Assembly (NCBI GenBank): GCA_965227295.1
Contig: OZ245742.1
Location: 5,280,001-5,344,000 of the forward strand
Length of the DNA stretch: 64,000 bases
DNA from: Leptonemataceae bacterium
Lineage (GTDB): Bacteria > Spirochaetota > Leptospiria > Leptospirales > Leptonemataceae
Direction of reading: 5' to 3'
Positions 19,346 through 29,546 of the stretch are shown here, one piece after another (position 1 is the first letter of the stretch; every line of letters starts with the position of its first letter). The notes below the pieces were generated by a model that was not told where the DNA came from, did not search any database, and saw nothing but the letters and a program-made list of their open reading frames with translations. The position numbers and the translations under genes were made by a program.

Positions 19346-22300
19346 ATGCAACTACATGATCTAAAACGCATCGTCGAACACGCCATAAACAGCGGAGAAC
19401 TTTCCCTGGCCACGAGCGCCCTCGATTCCGACGACGTTACGACGGTCTCCGCCGGCTATCTCCCCGACGACACGCTGCACCTGACGAACGCCACACATAC
19501 ACACGATGATCGTACTCATACCGTAACGGTCCATGGAACGGGCGTCGACTATCCCTTCAACGGCCTCCAAACGACGATCGTCTTTTCTTTCATAGATGAC
19601 CAGGTGGCTTTTGTGATGACGGGAACGCAGGACGCCGCCTGGAAGTTTTCCGAAGCCCTGCCCCTGTTTCGAAAGACGTTTCTCGCAAACCTGACGTTCC
19701 GGAGCGTCGCCGTCGTCCTCCGCACGAACGACGACGATGGAGAGCCCGCAGAAGATCCCCTGAGCTTTCGAGGCGATCTGGACCTCGCTTCGCTCTCGAC
19801 CTGGACGGCCCTCTTTCCCGACGTGCTCACGCTGAACTTTTCCGGCCCCATCGGCCTGCAGGACAACGGCAGTAACTTAAACTCCCTGCAACTTAGCGCC
19901 GATCCACTCACGGACATCCACCTGGGACTCGTCAGCGCCGATCTGCACCTGGAAATCGGCGTCTGGATACGCCACAATCCGTCCTGGCAAACGTATTCGG
20001 CGGTGCCCTACATCGAACTCGAAACCGACATGATGTACACCGACCACGAGGAACGCACGCACCACCTGCCGGTTTCGGCGCGCACCTGGGGACCGGCGAC
20101 GGAAATCCGCTTCGCCGCCGACCTGGCCGATCCCATCTCCACCACCGTGGACGCGCTCCGCAATCTGATCGGCGACGACTTCGATCCCGGCAGCATCGCG
20201 CTTCCGGACGGCTTCGAACTCCCGCCGGTCCTGGAACTCGGCAACTTCTACTTCGACTTTAACGTACAGAGCCGAAAGGTTACGACCATCGGCGTGGATC
20301 TGAAGAGCGGCCTCACCTGGGAGGTCTTTGAGATCGGACGATCCGGACAGAATCTTACTCTCGAAGAAATTACGCTCTCCTTTCGATTTCGCAATCCCTT
20401 CGACAATCTAAAAACCTGGCTCGGCATCAGCGGCGACATCGGCATCGGCGACGCCGGCACCATGAGCGTCGCCCTTTACTATCCCGACTGGTCGCTACAG
20501 GGAGCGCTGAAAGATGGAACGACGCTGAAGCTCGATGAACTACTGGCGACGATCCTCGGACCGGGGTCAGCGGTACCGCCGTTGAACGTCGGCGTACTGG
20601 GCTTTGAACTGAGTTCCGGCAACTACCTGCTGGACGTGCAAGTCGACGGCGCGTGGCCGCTGGTCCCGGACAGCATCCTGAGTATGCGCGAAGTCCGTTT
20701 TTATCTGCGACAGCAGAGCGCCGCAACCGAAGTCCGCATGCACGGAGTCTTCGATGTTACCGGCGCCGACGTCTACATGACCGCCAACTATCCTTCCGGC
20801 GACGTCGGCTGGACCTTCACCGGCAGCACGGGACCGGGCCAGGCGATTTCGGTCAACGACCTCGCCGGCGATCTGCCGTACATGTATCCCGGCAGCGATG
20901 CGAGTTTGCCGGACATCGTAAGCACGCTCACGATCAAAGACCTGGCGATCGCATTCAATACACGCACGCAAGACTTTCGCTTCACCGGCGCGACAGGCTT
21001 TCGACTAAACGCGAACCATGCAGACGAGACGAGCGCAGCGGACGCGCAGGAAGTCGACTTCGCACTGAGCATCCTCCTGCAACACGGCGCCGACGGTCTA
21101 TATCGCAAAGAAATCGGCGGCGAACTATTGTTTCGCCTGAGCGATACGCAGAGCCTCGGCTTTCACGTACGCTTTGCGCAGGTCTCGCAGGACTCGCAGG
21201 AATCTTCCGGCGCAAGCGACAACCGCTTCGTCGCCGGCTATCACGACGACAACGCCGAAGTCGTTTCGATACAAAGCCTGGTCGGATTGATCGCAGGCAG
21301 CCCGCCGCCCGCTCTTGCAGGCGTGAACGTATTCCTCAAAGAAGCGTTGCTGGCCTACGACCGCCCGGCAACCGGCAACGCCGTCGCCGTCTTTCGCGCG
21401 GCCCTGGGCAGTCGACTGAATCTTTCGCAACTCCCGCTCTTCGGCGCGGTGTTGCCGCCGGACGTCAGCCTGGAACTGGACTTAGAACTAACATACGCTC
21501 AAGACAATCTAACAAACGCAGAGGCCGCCGCCTTCAACGCGCTGCTTCCCGGCAGCGTTGCGCCCCTGCCGCTGTCCACGGCGGACGGCTCCCTGGCCAT
21601 TCCAGCCGGCGCCGGCATCCACAGCCAGTTGCGCATGGGCGACGTCTTCGAGCCGGTGGACTTTGCAATACAGTTAGCCGATACCGGCGGCAGTGCGGAG
21701 AAGATCACCGCGGAACCGCTGATTCGCACAACCCGCAGCGAAGACGGCACGAACAACGACGGCGTCCACTGGAAGACGCTCCAGAAAACCTTCGGCCCCC
21801 TGTATCTGAACAAGATCGGCATGCAGTACGCGAACCGGCGCATCGCCGTGTACCTGGACGCGACGATTGCAGCGGGAGGATTGCGGCTCGGCCTGGAAGG
21901 ACTCGGCGTCGGCGTATCGGTGGCGGGACTGACTTCCGGCGCAGACATCGAGCCGCGGTTTTATCTCCAGGGCGTGGAGCTGGCCTACGAAAAAGGACCG
22001 CTGCGCATCGACGGCTATCTGCTGCACCGGCGCCTCGCAGACGCCGACGAGTACGCGGGCGCGGCGGTCATCGTTACGGAGAGCCTGGGCCTTGCGGCGC
22101 TGGCGTCGTACTACACGCCGGACTCCGGCGCGCCGTCGCTCTTCGTGTACGGCGTCCTGGAATATCCCCTGGGCGGGCCGCCGTTCTTTTTTATCGAAGG
22201 ATTGTCCGCGGGCTTCGGATACAATCGCGCGCTGCGCATGCCGGGCATCGACGACGTCGCGTCCTTTCCCCTGGTCGCCGAGGTGATCGACGGCACGGCC

Positions 22301-23896
22301 GCCGCGCCGTCGAATCGCTCCGATCTCGCCGCGAAACTCGACCAGCTCGAAGCCTACGTCCCCCGCCATACGGGACAGTATTTCTTCACGGCCGGCGTAA
22401 AGTTTAATTCGTTTAAGATCATCGACGCCTTCGCCCTGCTCGCCGTCAGCTTCGGGCAGCGCTACGAGATCGACGTCCTGGGCCTGGCCACGGCCGTAGC
22501 ACCGCCGCCCTCCCCCGATGGAGGCGACGCCCATCTTCCGCGCCTGGCAGAAGTACAGATGGCGCTGCGAGCGCGCTACGCTCCGGACGAAGGCGTGCTG
22601 GAGTTTCGCGCGCAGCTAACTACAGCTTCGTATATATTAAGCCGCGACTGTCATCTCACCGGCGGCTTCGCGTTCTACGCCTGGACCGCCGACCAGGCGA
22701 ACGGCGCCCGGGCCGGCGACTTCGTGCAGACCCTGGGCGGCTATCATCCGGCATTCGAAAAACCGGCGCACTATCCCGCCGTGCCGCGTCTCGGATTCCT
22801 CTGGCGCCTGAACGATGCACTGACACTCAAGGGAGATCTCTACTTCGCATTCTGCGCCCACGCATTGATGGCCGGCGGAAACCTGGAAGCGGTCTGGAAG
22901 AGCGGCCACCTCAAGGCGTGGTTCCTGGCCGGCGTCGATCTATTACTGAACTGGAAACCCTACTACTACAGCGGCGGAGCTCATGTCAGCATCGGCGCCA
23001 CATATCAATTCAAGGTCTTCGGCAGTCGCAAGAAGGTCACGTTCACGACCGGCGCGCACCTGGAACTGTGGGGACCGGACTTTGCCGGCAGGCTCCATGT
23101 CGATTACTACGTCGTATCGTTTACGATTCGCTTCGGCGCGCCGAAGCGCCGGCCGCCGGCCGTCGACTGGCACGAGTTCCGCGCATCTTTTCTACCAGGG
23201 CAGTATCTCAGCGTGGCAGCCCGGGCCGGTCTGATCGGGCAGGATGCCGCATCAACCGGGGACGCCGTGCAACTCGGAACGCTCAATCCCACGGAATGCA
23301 CCCTGGTCATCGATTCGGCGATTCCGACGAAAAAAGTATTCTTCAACCAGCAACCCCAGGACCTCGAACCGCCGGACGATTTCGCCGTTCGTCCGGTCCG
23401 CATTCCAGCCGATCAACTGAACGTAAGCCAGCACATCAGCGTTACGCGTTCCGGACAAACGATCGGCATGTTCGAATGCACGCCGATCCGGAAGGACATG
23501 CCCGCCGCGCTGTGGGGGGAACCGCTGCGAGATAATTCCCCGGACGTAAACGACGGACGCTTCGTCAGCAATCTCGTAACGGGGCTCATCATTCAGCCGC
23601 GCTCCACGGCGCCCGGCGGCGGCCTGGCCGGCTATGAAACGACCCTCCCGCGCCAAGAAGGCGGCGTCTTTGCGTATGCGCCGTTCCGGAGCCCGCACGC
23701 CGACGACATGATCGAATCTCCATGCAACACCATCGCCGAGGACATCATGCAGGGGGACGCGGCGACCGCCGGCACGACCGTCCACCGGCGTAACGAAGTC
23801 CTGAGCGCCCTGGGTCTATCAGCAAACGACATCGATCTGGATGCAAGCGTCGCGGAAATGTTCTTTGTCCCGCCGCGGATCGTAGCGTCGCCGTAG
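19346..23896 (+). CDS. Large DUF6603-like protein (1516 aa)
   Basis: C-terminal half 'KTFGPLYLNKIG...PSLFVYGVLEYPLGGPPFFFIEGLSAGFGYNRAL...CHLTGGFAF...GDFVQTLGGYHPAF..P.HYP.VPRLG...YFA..HALMAGG' matches the DUF6603 family as I recall it; beta-strand-rich throughout. Confidence 0.8.
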   Translation: MQLHDLKRIVEHAINSGELSLATSALDSDDVTTVSAGYLPDDTLHLTNATHTHDDRTHTVTVHGTGVDYPFNGLQTTIVFSFIDDQVAFVMTGTQDAAWKFSEALPLFRKTFLANLTFRSVAVVLRTNDDDGEPAEDPLSFRGDLDLASLSTWTALFPDVLTLNFSGPIGLQDNGSNLNSLQLSADPLTDIHLGLVSADLHLEIGVWIRHNPSWQTYSAVPYIELETDMMYTDHEERTHHLPVSARTWGPATEIRFAADLADPISTTVDALRNLIGDDFDPGSIALPDGFELPPVLELGNFYFDFNVQSRKVTTIGVDLKSGLTWEVFEIGRSGQNLTLEEITLSFRFRNPFDNLKTWLGISGDIGIGDAGTMSVALYYPDWSLQGALKDGTTLKLDELLATILGPGSAVPPLNVGVLGFELSSGNYLLDVQVDGAWPLVPDSILSMREVRFYLRQQSAATEVRMHGVFDVTGADVYMTANYPSGDVGWTFTGSTGPGQAISVNDLAGDLPYMYPGSDASLPDIVSTLTIKDLAIAFNTRTQDFRFTGATGFRLNANHADETSAADAQEVDFALSILLQHGADGLYRKEIGGELLFRLSDTQSLGFHVRFAQVSQDSQESSGASDNRFVAGYHDDNAEVVSIQSLVGLIAGSPPPALAGVNVFLKEALLAYDRPATGNAVAVFRAALGSRLNLSQLPLFGAVLPPDVSLELDLELTYAQDNLTNAEAAAFNALLPGSVAPLPLSTADGSLAIPAGAGIHSQLRMGDVFEPVDFAIQLADTGGSAEKITAEPLIRTTRSEDGTNNDGVHWKTLQKTFGPLYLNKIGMQYANRRIAVYLDATIAAGGLRLGLEGLGVGVSVAGLTSGADIEPRFYLQGVELAYEKGPLRIDGYLLHRRLADADEYAGAAVIVTESLGLAALASYYTPDSGAPSLFVYGVLEYPLGGPPFFFIEGLSAGFGYNRALRMPGIDDVASFPLVAEVIDGTAAAPSNRSDLAAKLDQLEAYVPRHTGQYFFTAGVKFNSFKIIDAFALLAVSFGQRYEIDVLGLATAVAPPPSPDGGDAHLPRLAEVQMALRARYAPDEGVLEFRAQLTTASYILSRDCHLTGGFAFYAWTADQANGARAGDFVQTLGGYHPAFEKPAHYPAVPRLGFLWRLNDALTLKGDLYFAFCAHALMAGGNLEAVWKSGHLKAWFLAGVDLLLNWKPYYYSGGAHVSIGATYQFKVFGSRKKVTFTTGAHLELWGPDFAGRLHVDYYVVSFTIRFGAPKRRPPAVDWHEFRASFLPGQYLSVAARAGLIGQDAASTGDAVQLGTLNPTECTLVIDSAIPTKKVFFNQQPQDLEPPDDFAVRPVRIPADQLNVSQHISVTRSGQTIGMFECTPIRKDMPAALWGEPLRDNSPDVNDGRFVSNLVTGLIIQPRSTAPGGGLAGYETTLPRQEGGVFAYAPFRSPHADDMIESPCNTIAEDIMQGDAATAGTTVHRRNEVLSALGLSANDIDLDASVAEMFFVPPRIVASP

Positions 23897-24092
23897 CGCT
23901 CCTCCTTCTCAGCGCCGCAACAACCACCGCGCCGCGTCCTCGAACCCCCGGACCTCCGGCCGCGCAGTTGCGCACGGTCGGCATCGATGCCGCTCAGACG
24001 ATGCACGAGACCGTCGACGCCGCCGCACTTCATGCAATTCGCACGGCCCCAGAAAGTACAGGCGCTGAAGCAACCGACTTCGCTTCAGTCGC

Positions 24093-25553
24093 TTACGACG
24101 ACGGCACGTTCATGGACGCCAGAAAATCCACGTTCGTCTTGGTGTTCTTCATGCGATCGAGCAACAACTCCATGGCTTCTGTCGTAGACATGGGCGAGAG
24201 CGCCTTGCGAAGTACGAAGACCTTGGGCAGCACGTCGTCTTCGAGCAGCAGCTCTTCTTTCCGCGTGCCGCTTTTGTTGAGATCGATGGCCGGATAGATG
24301 CGCTTGTCCGCGAGGCGACGATCCAGGTGGATCTCCATGTTACCGGTGCCCTTGAACTCTTCGAAGATGACCTCGTCCATGCGCGAGCCCGTGTCGATGA
24401 GCGCCGTCGCCATGATCGTAAGCGAACCGCCGTGTTCAATGTTCCGCGCCGCGCCGAAGAAACGCTTCGGTTTGTGCAACGCGTTCGAGTCCACACCACC
24501 GGAGAGGATCTTGCCCGACGTCGGAATGACCTGGTTGTAAGCGCGCGCGAGACGCGTGATCGAGTCGAGCAGGATGACCACGTCCCGGCCGTGCTCCACC
24601 TGGCGCTTGGCCTTTTCGATGACCATCTCGGCGACCTGGACGTGACGCGAGGCCGGCTCATCGAACGTGGACGAGATGACCTCGCCCTTCACGTGCCGCG
24701 CCATGTCGGTGACCTCCTCCGGACGTTCGTCGATGAGCAGGACCATCAACTGTACTTCCGGATGGTTCGCCGTAATGGCGTTCGCAATGCTCTGCATGAG
24801 GATCGTTTTACCGGTCCGCGGCGGAGCGACGATGAGGCCGCGCTGGCCTTTGCCGATGGGCGTCAACAGATCGATGATGCGCGTATCCATCTGGCCGGGA
24901 TTCCACTCCATGACCAGGCGTTCGTTCGGATACAGCGGCGTGAGGTTGTCGAAGAGAATGCGGCGCTGGGCGTCGTCCGGTGACTCACCGTTGACCGTAT
25001 CCACGCGCAACATGGCGAAGAAGCGCTCGCTTTCTTTCGGCGGGCGGATTTGTCCGGTGATGGTATCGCCGGTGCGCAGGCCGAAGAGACGAATCTGCGA
25101 CGGGGAAACGTAGATATCGTCCGGGCCCGGCAGGTAGTTATAGTCCGCGCTGCGCAGAAAGCCGTAACCTTCCGAAAGTTTCTCCATGGTACCGGCGGCG
25201 TGCACGATGCCGTTCCGCTCGGCCTGTTTCTGGAGAATGGTGAAGATGAGGTTCTGCTTCTTCTGGCCGGCGACATTCTCGCCGCTCATTTCCTCGGCGA
25301 TCTTCGACAGCTCGGCAATGGGCATGGCCTTCAGCAACGTGAGGTCGATGGGATCCGGAGTCTCGCCGGTATACGGCGGCGGCGTCGGCTCCTTGTTGCT
25401 TTCGCCTTTGTCCCGGGAACCCCGGCGTCCGCGACGACCGCGACCATTACTATTGCTGTTACCGCCGCCGCTTTCCGGCTCGGCCTCCGCAGCGACGTTG
25501 CCGTCCGCTTCTTCCGCGTTGGCGTTTTTGTTTCGGGTCCTCCGAACTGCCAT
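24093..25553 (-). CDS. rho: Transcription termination factor Rho
   Basis: [54 protein letters not shown]. Confidence 0.99.
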   Translation of the reverse strand: MAVRRTRNKNANAEEADGNVAAEAEPESGGGNSNSNGRGRRGRRGSRDKGESNKEPTPPPYTGETPDPIDLTLLKAMPIAELSKIAEEMSGENVAGQKKQNLIFTILQKQAERNGIVHAAGTMEKLSEGYGFLRSADYNYLPGPDDIYVSPSQIRLFGLRTGDTITGQIRPPKESERFFAMLRVDTVNGESPDDAQRRILFDNLTPLYPNERLVMEWNPGQMDTRIIDLLTPIGKGQRGLIVAPPRTGKTILMQSIANAITANHPEVQLMVLLIDERPEEVTDMARHVKGEVISSTFDEPASRHVQVAEMVIEKAKRQVEHGRDVVILLDSITRLARAYNQVIPTSGKILSGGVDSNALHKPKRFFGAARNIEHGGSLTIMATALIDTGSRMDEVIFEEFKGTGNMEIHLDRRLADKRIYPAIDLNKSGTRKEELLLEDDVLPKVFVLRKALSPMSTTEAMELLLDRMKNTKTNVDFLASMNVPSS

Positions 25554-25809
25554 ATAAACTCCTTAAGGTACTCTTACTCGTGAGTGTTAGATTTTCAGGT
25601 GGGTTGGGGGCTTTCGTCTACACGCAGCAGCGTGTAGCATCCGCGGGGACGCCGTAGCCGGGGTGCCGACGTTCGTTGATTCAACGGATGTGAAAGATCA
25701 GGGGATATTAGCTACAAGGATAGGATTCCGAAAGCTTCCGTAGAGCAAAGCCGACAGATTCAAATCCGTCAACAAAAAAATCCAGAGATTGAATTACGTT
25801 CCCATCAAC

Positions 25810-26895
25810 TTAGAAGCGGATGTACCGCCGCGGGTTGATGGGCCGGTTGTTTTTGATCAGTTCGAAGTGCAGATGCGCGCCGGTGGAGCGACCGGTATTG
25901 CCGGAGACACCCACGTTTTGCCCTGCTTTCACAAACTGACCGGGCCGCACCTTCGTGCGACTGAGATGAGCATACAATGACTTAAAGCCGCCCTCGTGGC
26001 GGATCATCACAACCTTGCCGTAGCTTCCAAGGTAGCCGGCATACATGACCTGGCCGTCGCGCACGGCGCGAACGGACCGGTATGCCACGCCGACGTCGAT
26101 GCCGGTGTGTTTGTGACGATGGCCGAGGATGGGATGCCGGCGCCAGCCGAAGCGTGACGTGACACGACCGCCGATGACCGGACGCAACCAGCGTACGGGC
26201 GGCGTCGGGATCTTCGCGTTCGGTAGAAAGACGGTTTCGCCCGGTTCCACCAGATCGAGTTCGGCGAGGTCCGGGTTGTCGAGGACAATGTCCTCAATCT
26301 TTACAGAGTAGTGCTGGGCCACTGCAGCCAGGGTGTCGCCCTTCTTCACTTTGTACATGAGCCCCGGGCGATCGGGGATGACCAGTTCCTGGCCGGGGCG
26401 CAGGACCGAGTGCACTTTGATTTTCGATGAGGCCGCGATGAGCGTTGCGGGCACGCGATGGCGAATGGCGATCTGGGACAGAGTGTCACCGGACTGCACT
26501 TTGTAGCGGATCATTTTCACCTGGCCGTCGTGGCGAGCTTCGGACTCTTCGGCCTCGGCCAGGCGTTCTTTCAATTCGTCGGAACGCTGCTCCAGTTCTA
26601 TGTAGCGACCCTCTTCTTCCAGGCGCTTGAGTTCGTTGATTTGCGTCACCGGATCGGCGGTGCCGGAACCGGACGAGATGCTGAGCACCAGGAACACGAA
26701 TCCGCCCGCGGCGAGAGCGCCCAGGCTGCGATTGCGATAGGCCGGGCGCCAGAGTTCGATTTTGCCGACGATGGGATAGTTGCGACCGGGAAAGCTGTAG
26801 AGAAAGGTGCCGCCCCCGAGGTGCATCAGAGAGAAGCGACCCTTCAGGGAAAAGATGCGCCGACCGGACTTGTTCTTAAAGCGGCGTTGGTACAT
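25810..26895 (-). CDS. LysM plus M23 peptidoglycan endopeptidase
   Basis: Two LysM domains (YKVQSGDTLSQIA, YKVKKGDTLAAVA); HTGID and HLHFE motifs. Confidence 0.93.
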   Translation of the reverse strand: MYQRRFKNKSGRRIFSLKGRFSLMHLGGGTFLYSFPGRNYPIVGKIELWRPAYRNRSLGALAAGGFVFLVLSISSGSGTADPVTQINELKRLEEEGRYIELEQRSDELKERLAEAEESEARHDGQVKMIRYKVQSGDTLSQIAIRHRVPATLIAASSKIKVHSVLRPGQELVIPDRPGLMYKVKKGDTLAAVAQHYSVKIEDIVLDNPDLAELDLVEPGETVFLPNAKIPTPPVRWLRPVIGGRVTSRFGWRRHPILGHRHKHTGIDVGVAYRSVRAVRDGQVMYAGYLGSYGKVVMIRHEGGFKSLYAHLSRTKVRPGQFVKAGQNVGVSGNTGRSTGAHLHFELIKNNRPINPRRYIRF

Positions 26896-27128
26896 CTCAG
26901 TGTGATTTTCCCGGTAAGATAGACATAATTGCGAAATGCAGAGAGTTTGCTAACGTTATTCTAACAGGTGTGCGGGGCAAGATTGTCCATTGTGCACCGC
27001 CCTGCAAAGAACTTTTTTCCACAATGACAGGAAAGGTGCGACACTCTCCCGATCTGGGCCCTTGAAAGTACATTCGGCGGAAACGCAACCGCACGGCAGT
27101 AAATTTTCCGGCGCCCTCGCACCCGGCT

Positions 27129-27530
27129 TTATGATTTGTCGGCGAGACGCATGCCGCCGTAGGACTCTTCTACGACCTTTTTCACGTCCTTCTTCTGCCC
27201 GCCGCTGATGTTGATGCTGCCCTGGGCCACGACGCCCGGGGCAATGTGCAGGATCGGCGCCTGGATATCGCCCAGCAGTTTGCCGGTTTTCTCCAGACGC
27301 ACTTCGTTTTCGGCGGCGATGTTGCCGATCATGGTGCCGGCGACCACGACCTCTTTGGCGCTGATGTTCGTTTTGATTTTACCGGTCTCGCCCACCATCA
27401 GGGCATCCTCGGTTTTGATCTCGCCCTCGAACTTACCGTCAATCCGGAGACTGCCGGAAATGTAAAATTTGCCTTCGAAGATCGATCCGGGACCGATCAC
27501 GCTGTTCAGAGAGTCGTTCTTCATCGCCAT
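27129..27530 (-). CDS. Bactofilin (polymer-forming cytoskeletal protein)
   Basis: 'NSVIGPGSIFEGKFYISGSLRIDGKFEGEI' beta-helix pattern; adjacent to an M23 peptidase. Confidence 0.92.
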   Translation of the reverse strand: MAMKNDSLNSVIGPGSIFEGKFYISGSLRIDGKFEGEIKTEDALMVGETGKIKTNISAKEVVVAGTMIGNIAAENEVRLEKTGKLLGDIQAPILHIAPGVVAQGSINISGGQKKDVKKVVEESYGGMRLADKS

Positions 27531-27613
27531 AACGCAATCCGCCGGGCGGTCGGGTATTCTCGCAAGACATTTTCAATCACGGACGATCCGAATTCCCGGG
27601 TGGCGTCTCCGAA

Positions 27614-29479
27614 CTACCGCTCAAACCGCGGGTCCACCACCGGTTGGCGCACACGGCCGTCGCTCATGGTCAGGTTAATGCGATCGATATTCTGCCGCGC
27701 GCGATTGACCTCGGCGCCGTCGCCGCGCTGGATCAACTCACGATAGATCGACAACGCGTCCGCAAAGCGTCGTTGTTGATGCGCGAGAAAGGCCTGGCGT
27801 TCCAGGATCGCCGGGTAGTCGAGAGACAACAGACGCGAACGCAGAAACGCCGCATCGGCCTCGATGGCCGGCAAATCGATGCGCTGCAACTCGTAGTACT
27901 GCCGCTGCAACGCCTCGTCCTCACGATTCAGCAACGATCGTTTCACGTCCTGGATTTCTTTGCGCAGGGCACGTTCGCGCTCCAGCACGGCCTGGTACTC
28001 CGTATCGATGTCGAGGTACGCTTCCCGCGCAGCACTCAAGGCCGTGGCCTCATCCACGCTGCGTTGCTGCCGACGATGGATCGCTGCCAGGCGACTGTAA
28101 ATGCGAAAGCGCTCCGCTCGCCACAGCGTCCGCTCCTGCACGGACAGCGCGGCGATGTCCGGTACCGGTGCCGCCAGGTACGCTGCGTACAGGTCGCGCG
28201 CGCGATCGAGGCGGCCGGTCTTCGCAAAGTGCAAATCAGCGATACCTAACGAGATGCGTCGACGTTCGTCGGACTCCGGCGCGCGCTCGAGATACTCCTC
28301 GTAGGCCTCGGCGGCACGAATGGCGTTCTTCTGCGCGGAGTACATTTGCGCCAGGCGCAGATAGTGCGGGGCCAGCTCCGCCGGATCCGCGGGATCGGGG
28401 ACGACTTCGAGGTAGCGCTCCTGAAAGGCGATGGCCTCACGCCAGCGAAAACGACGCCGGTAGATTTCCACCAGTTCGTCGATGTAAAGCGGCGTCACCG
28501 GATCCAACTGATGCGCCAGTTGCAGCAGGGTACTCCGCGAACCGAATTGATCGGCGATCTCGGCCATGCGATAGGCCGTGTCGCCTTCGTTGGATTGTTT
28601 CTCGCGCAGATACACCCGATACGGGCCGAAGCGGATCTCTTCCATTTGCGTGAGTACGATGTTCCGCCGGTTGCGCAATTCGTCCAGGGTGCGCCGTGCT
28701 TCTTCGGCGCTCACCGGCGGAGTCACTCCGCGCAGGCGCATGGACTGCACCACGTCGACGGTTTTCCCGGCTTCTGCGAGCTCGGGCTTCAGCCGCGCGT
28801 ACTCTTCCATTAAGCCGCGAAAGTTCTGCGCCGCCGTGGCAATGGCCGCGTTCGGTTCCTGGGCAATGCGATCCGGATCGGCGAACGTACGCAGCATCAG
28901 CATATAACGTTGCTCCCGGGCGGCGGCGTCGGCCGCGGCCGGATCTTCGTCGGCCATGCCCACGGGCACCGGCAGATCCGCCGGCATTGCTAAGTCACGG
29001 CCGGTGTACCTTAAGGCCATGGAAAATTCCGCCAGGGCCCGGTCGGTTTCCTGGGAGCCGATGCTGCTGTAGGCCCGGCCCAGGATCCGGTGCAGGCGAA
29101 AGAGATACGGCGACTCGCCCTGAAAATAAGAACGCCCGTAGAGGCGCTCGCGCTCCCGGAGAACGCGGCGCAGCGCGTTCGCGGACAGGCCGGCGTAACT
29201 GAGCGGTTCATTGCGACGTTCGTCCTCGGTGAGCTTGTCCTCCACGAACTGCGAATAGTAGCGGTCCAGTTGTTCCCGGGCCCGGGCGATGATGACGTCG
29301 TAGGAAGGGACCGGGGCCTCGAGCTCTGCTTCCAACTGCGTGATTACCGCCGGGTCGATGAGGGCCTGAGGTTTTTCGTAGAGCGCGGCACGGCTGTCGG
29401 GATCCAGGGCGGATTGGGCCCGCAGGCCCGCAAAAAACGGCAGAACGGCAAACAGCAAGATGATCGGCAACCGGGACAT
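27614..29479 (-). CDS. Exported TPR-like helical protein
   Basis: Signal peptide; repeated 'LA.MY...A..AYE.YL' TPR-like helices. Confidence 0.75.
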   Translation of the reverse strand: MSRLPIILLFAVLPFFAGLRAQSALDPDSRAALYEKPQALIDPAVITQLEAELEAPVPSYDVIIARAREQLDRYYSQFVEDKLTEDERRNEPLSYAGLSANALRRVLRERERLYGRSYFQGESPYLFRLHRILGRAYSSIGSQETDRALAEFSMALRYTGRDLAMPADLPVPVGMADEDPAAADAAAREQRYMLMLRTFADPDRIAQEPNAAIATAAQNFRGLMEEYARLKPELAEAGKTVDVVQSMRLRGVTPPVSAEEARRTLDELRNRRNIVLTQMEEIRFGPYRVYLREKQSNEGDTAYRMAEIADQFGSRSTLLQLAHQLDPVTPLYIDELVEIYRRRFRWREAIAFQERYLEVVPDPADPAELAPHYLRLAQMYSAQKNAIRAAEAYEEYLERAPESDERRRISLGIADLHFAKTGRLDRARDLYAAYLAAPVPDIAALSVQERTLWRAERFRIYSRLAAIHRRQQRSVDEATALSAAREAYLDIDTEYQAVLERERALRKEIQDVKRSLLNREDEALQRQYYELQRIDLPAIEADAAFLRSRLLSLDYPAILERQAFLAHQQRRFADALSIYRELIQRGDGAEVNRARQNIDRINLTMSDGRVRQPVVDPRFER

Positions 29480-29546
29480 GGCTATCCAGAGTATCGGTGA
29501 AAATCGCCGGCTCCGTAACGGCGGAGATCACCGGTCCGGCGGTCCT

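Noticed and set aside
20653..22407. 584-aa alternative-frame ORF inside the DUF6603 gene
   Set aside because: Arg/Pro-rich shadow frame typical of high-GC DNA, with no motifs.
9962..23896. Calling the operon an eCIS, T6SS, prophage or Tc toxin
   Set aside because: No recognisable sheath, tube, VgrG/PAAR, baseplate, capsid, terminase, RHS/YD repeat or SpvB motif. Only the fibre-like gene is phage-like.
23897..24092. att sites or direct repeats at the island's right boundary
   Set aside because: No match to the left boundary was found by eye. Only an imperfect hairpin (GCTGAAGC...GCTTCAG) downstream of rho is visible.
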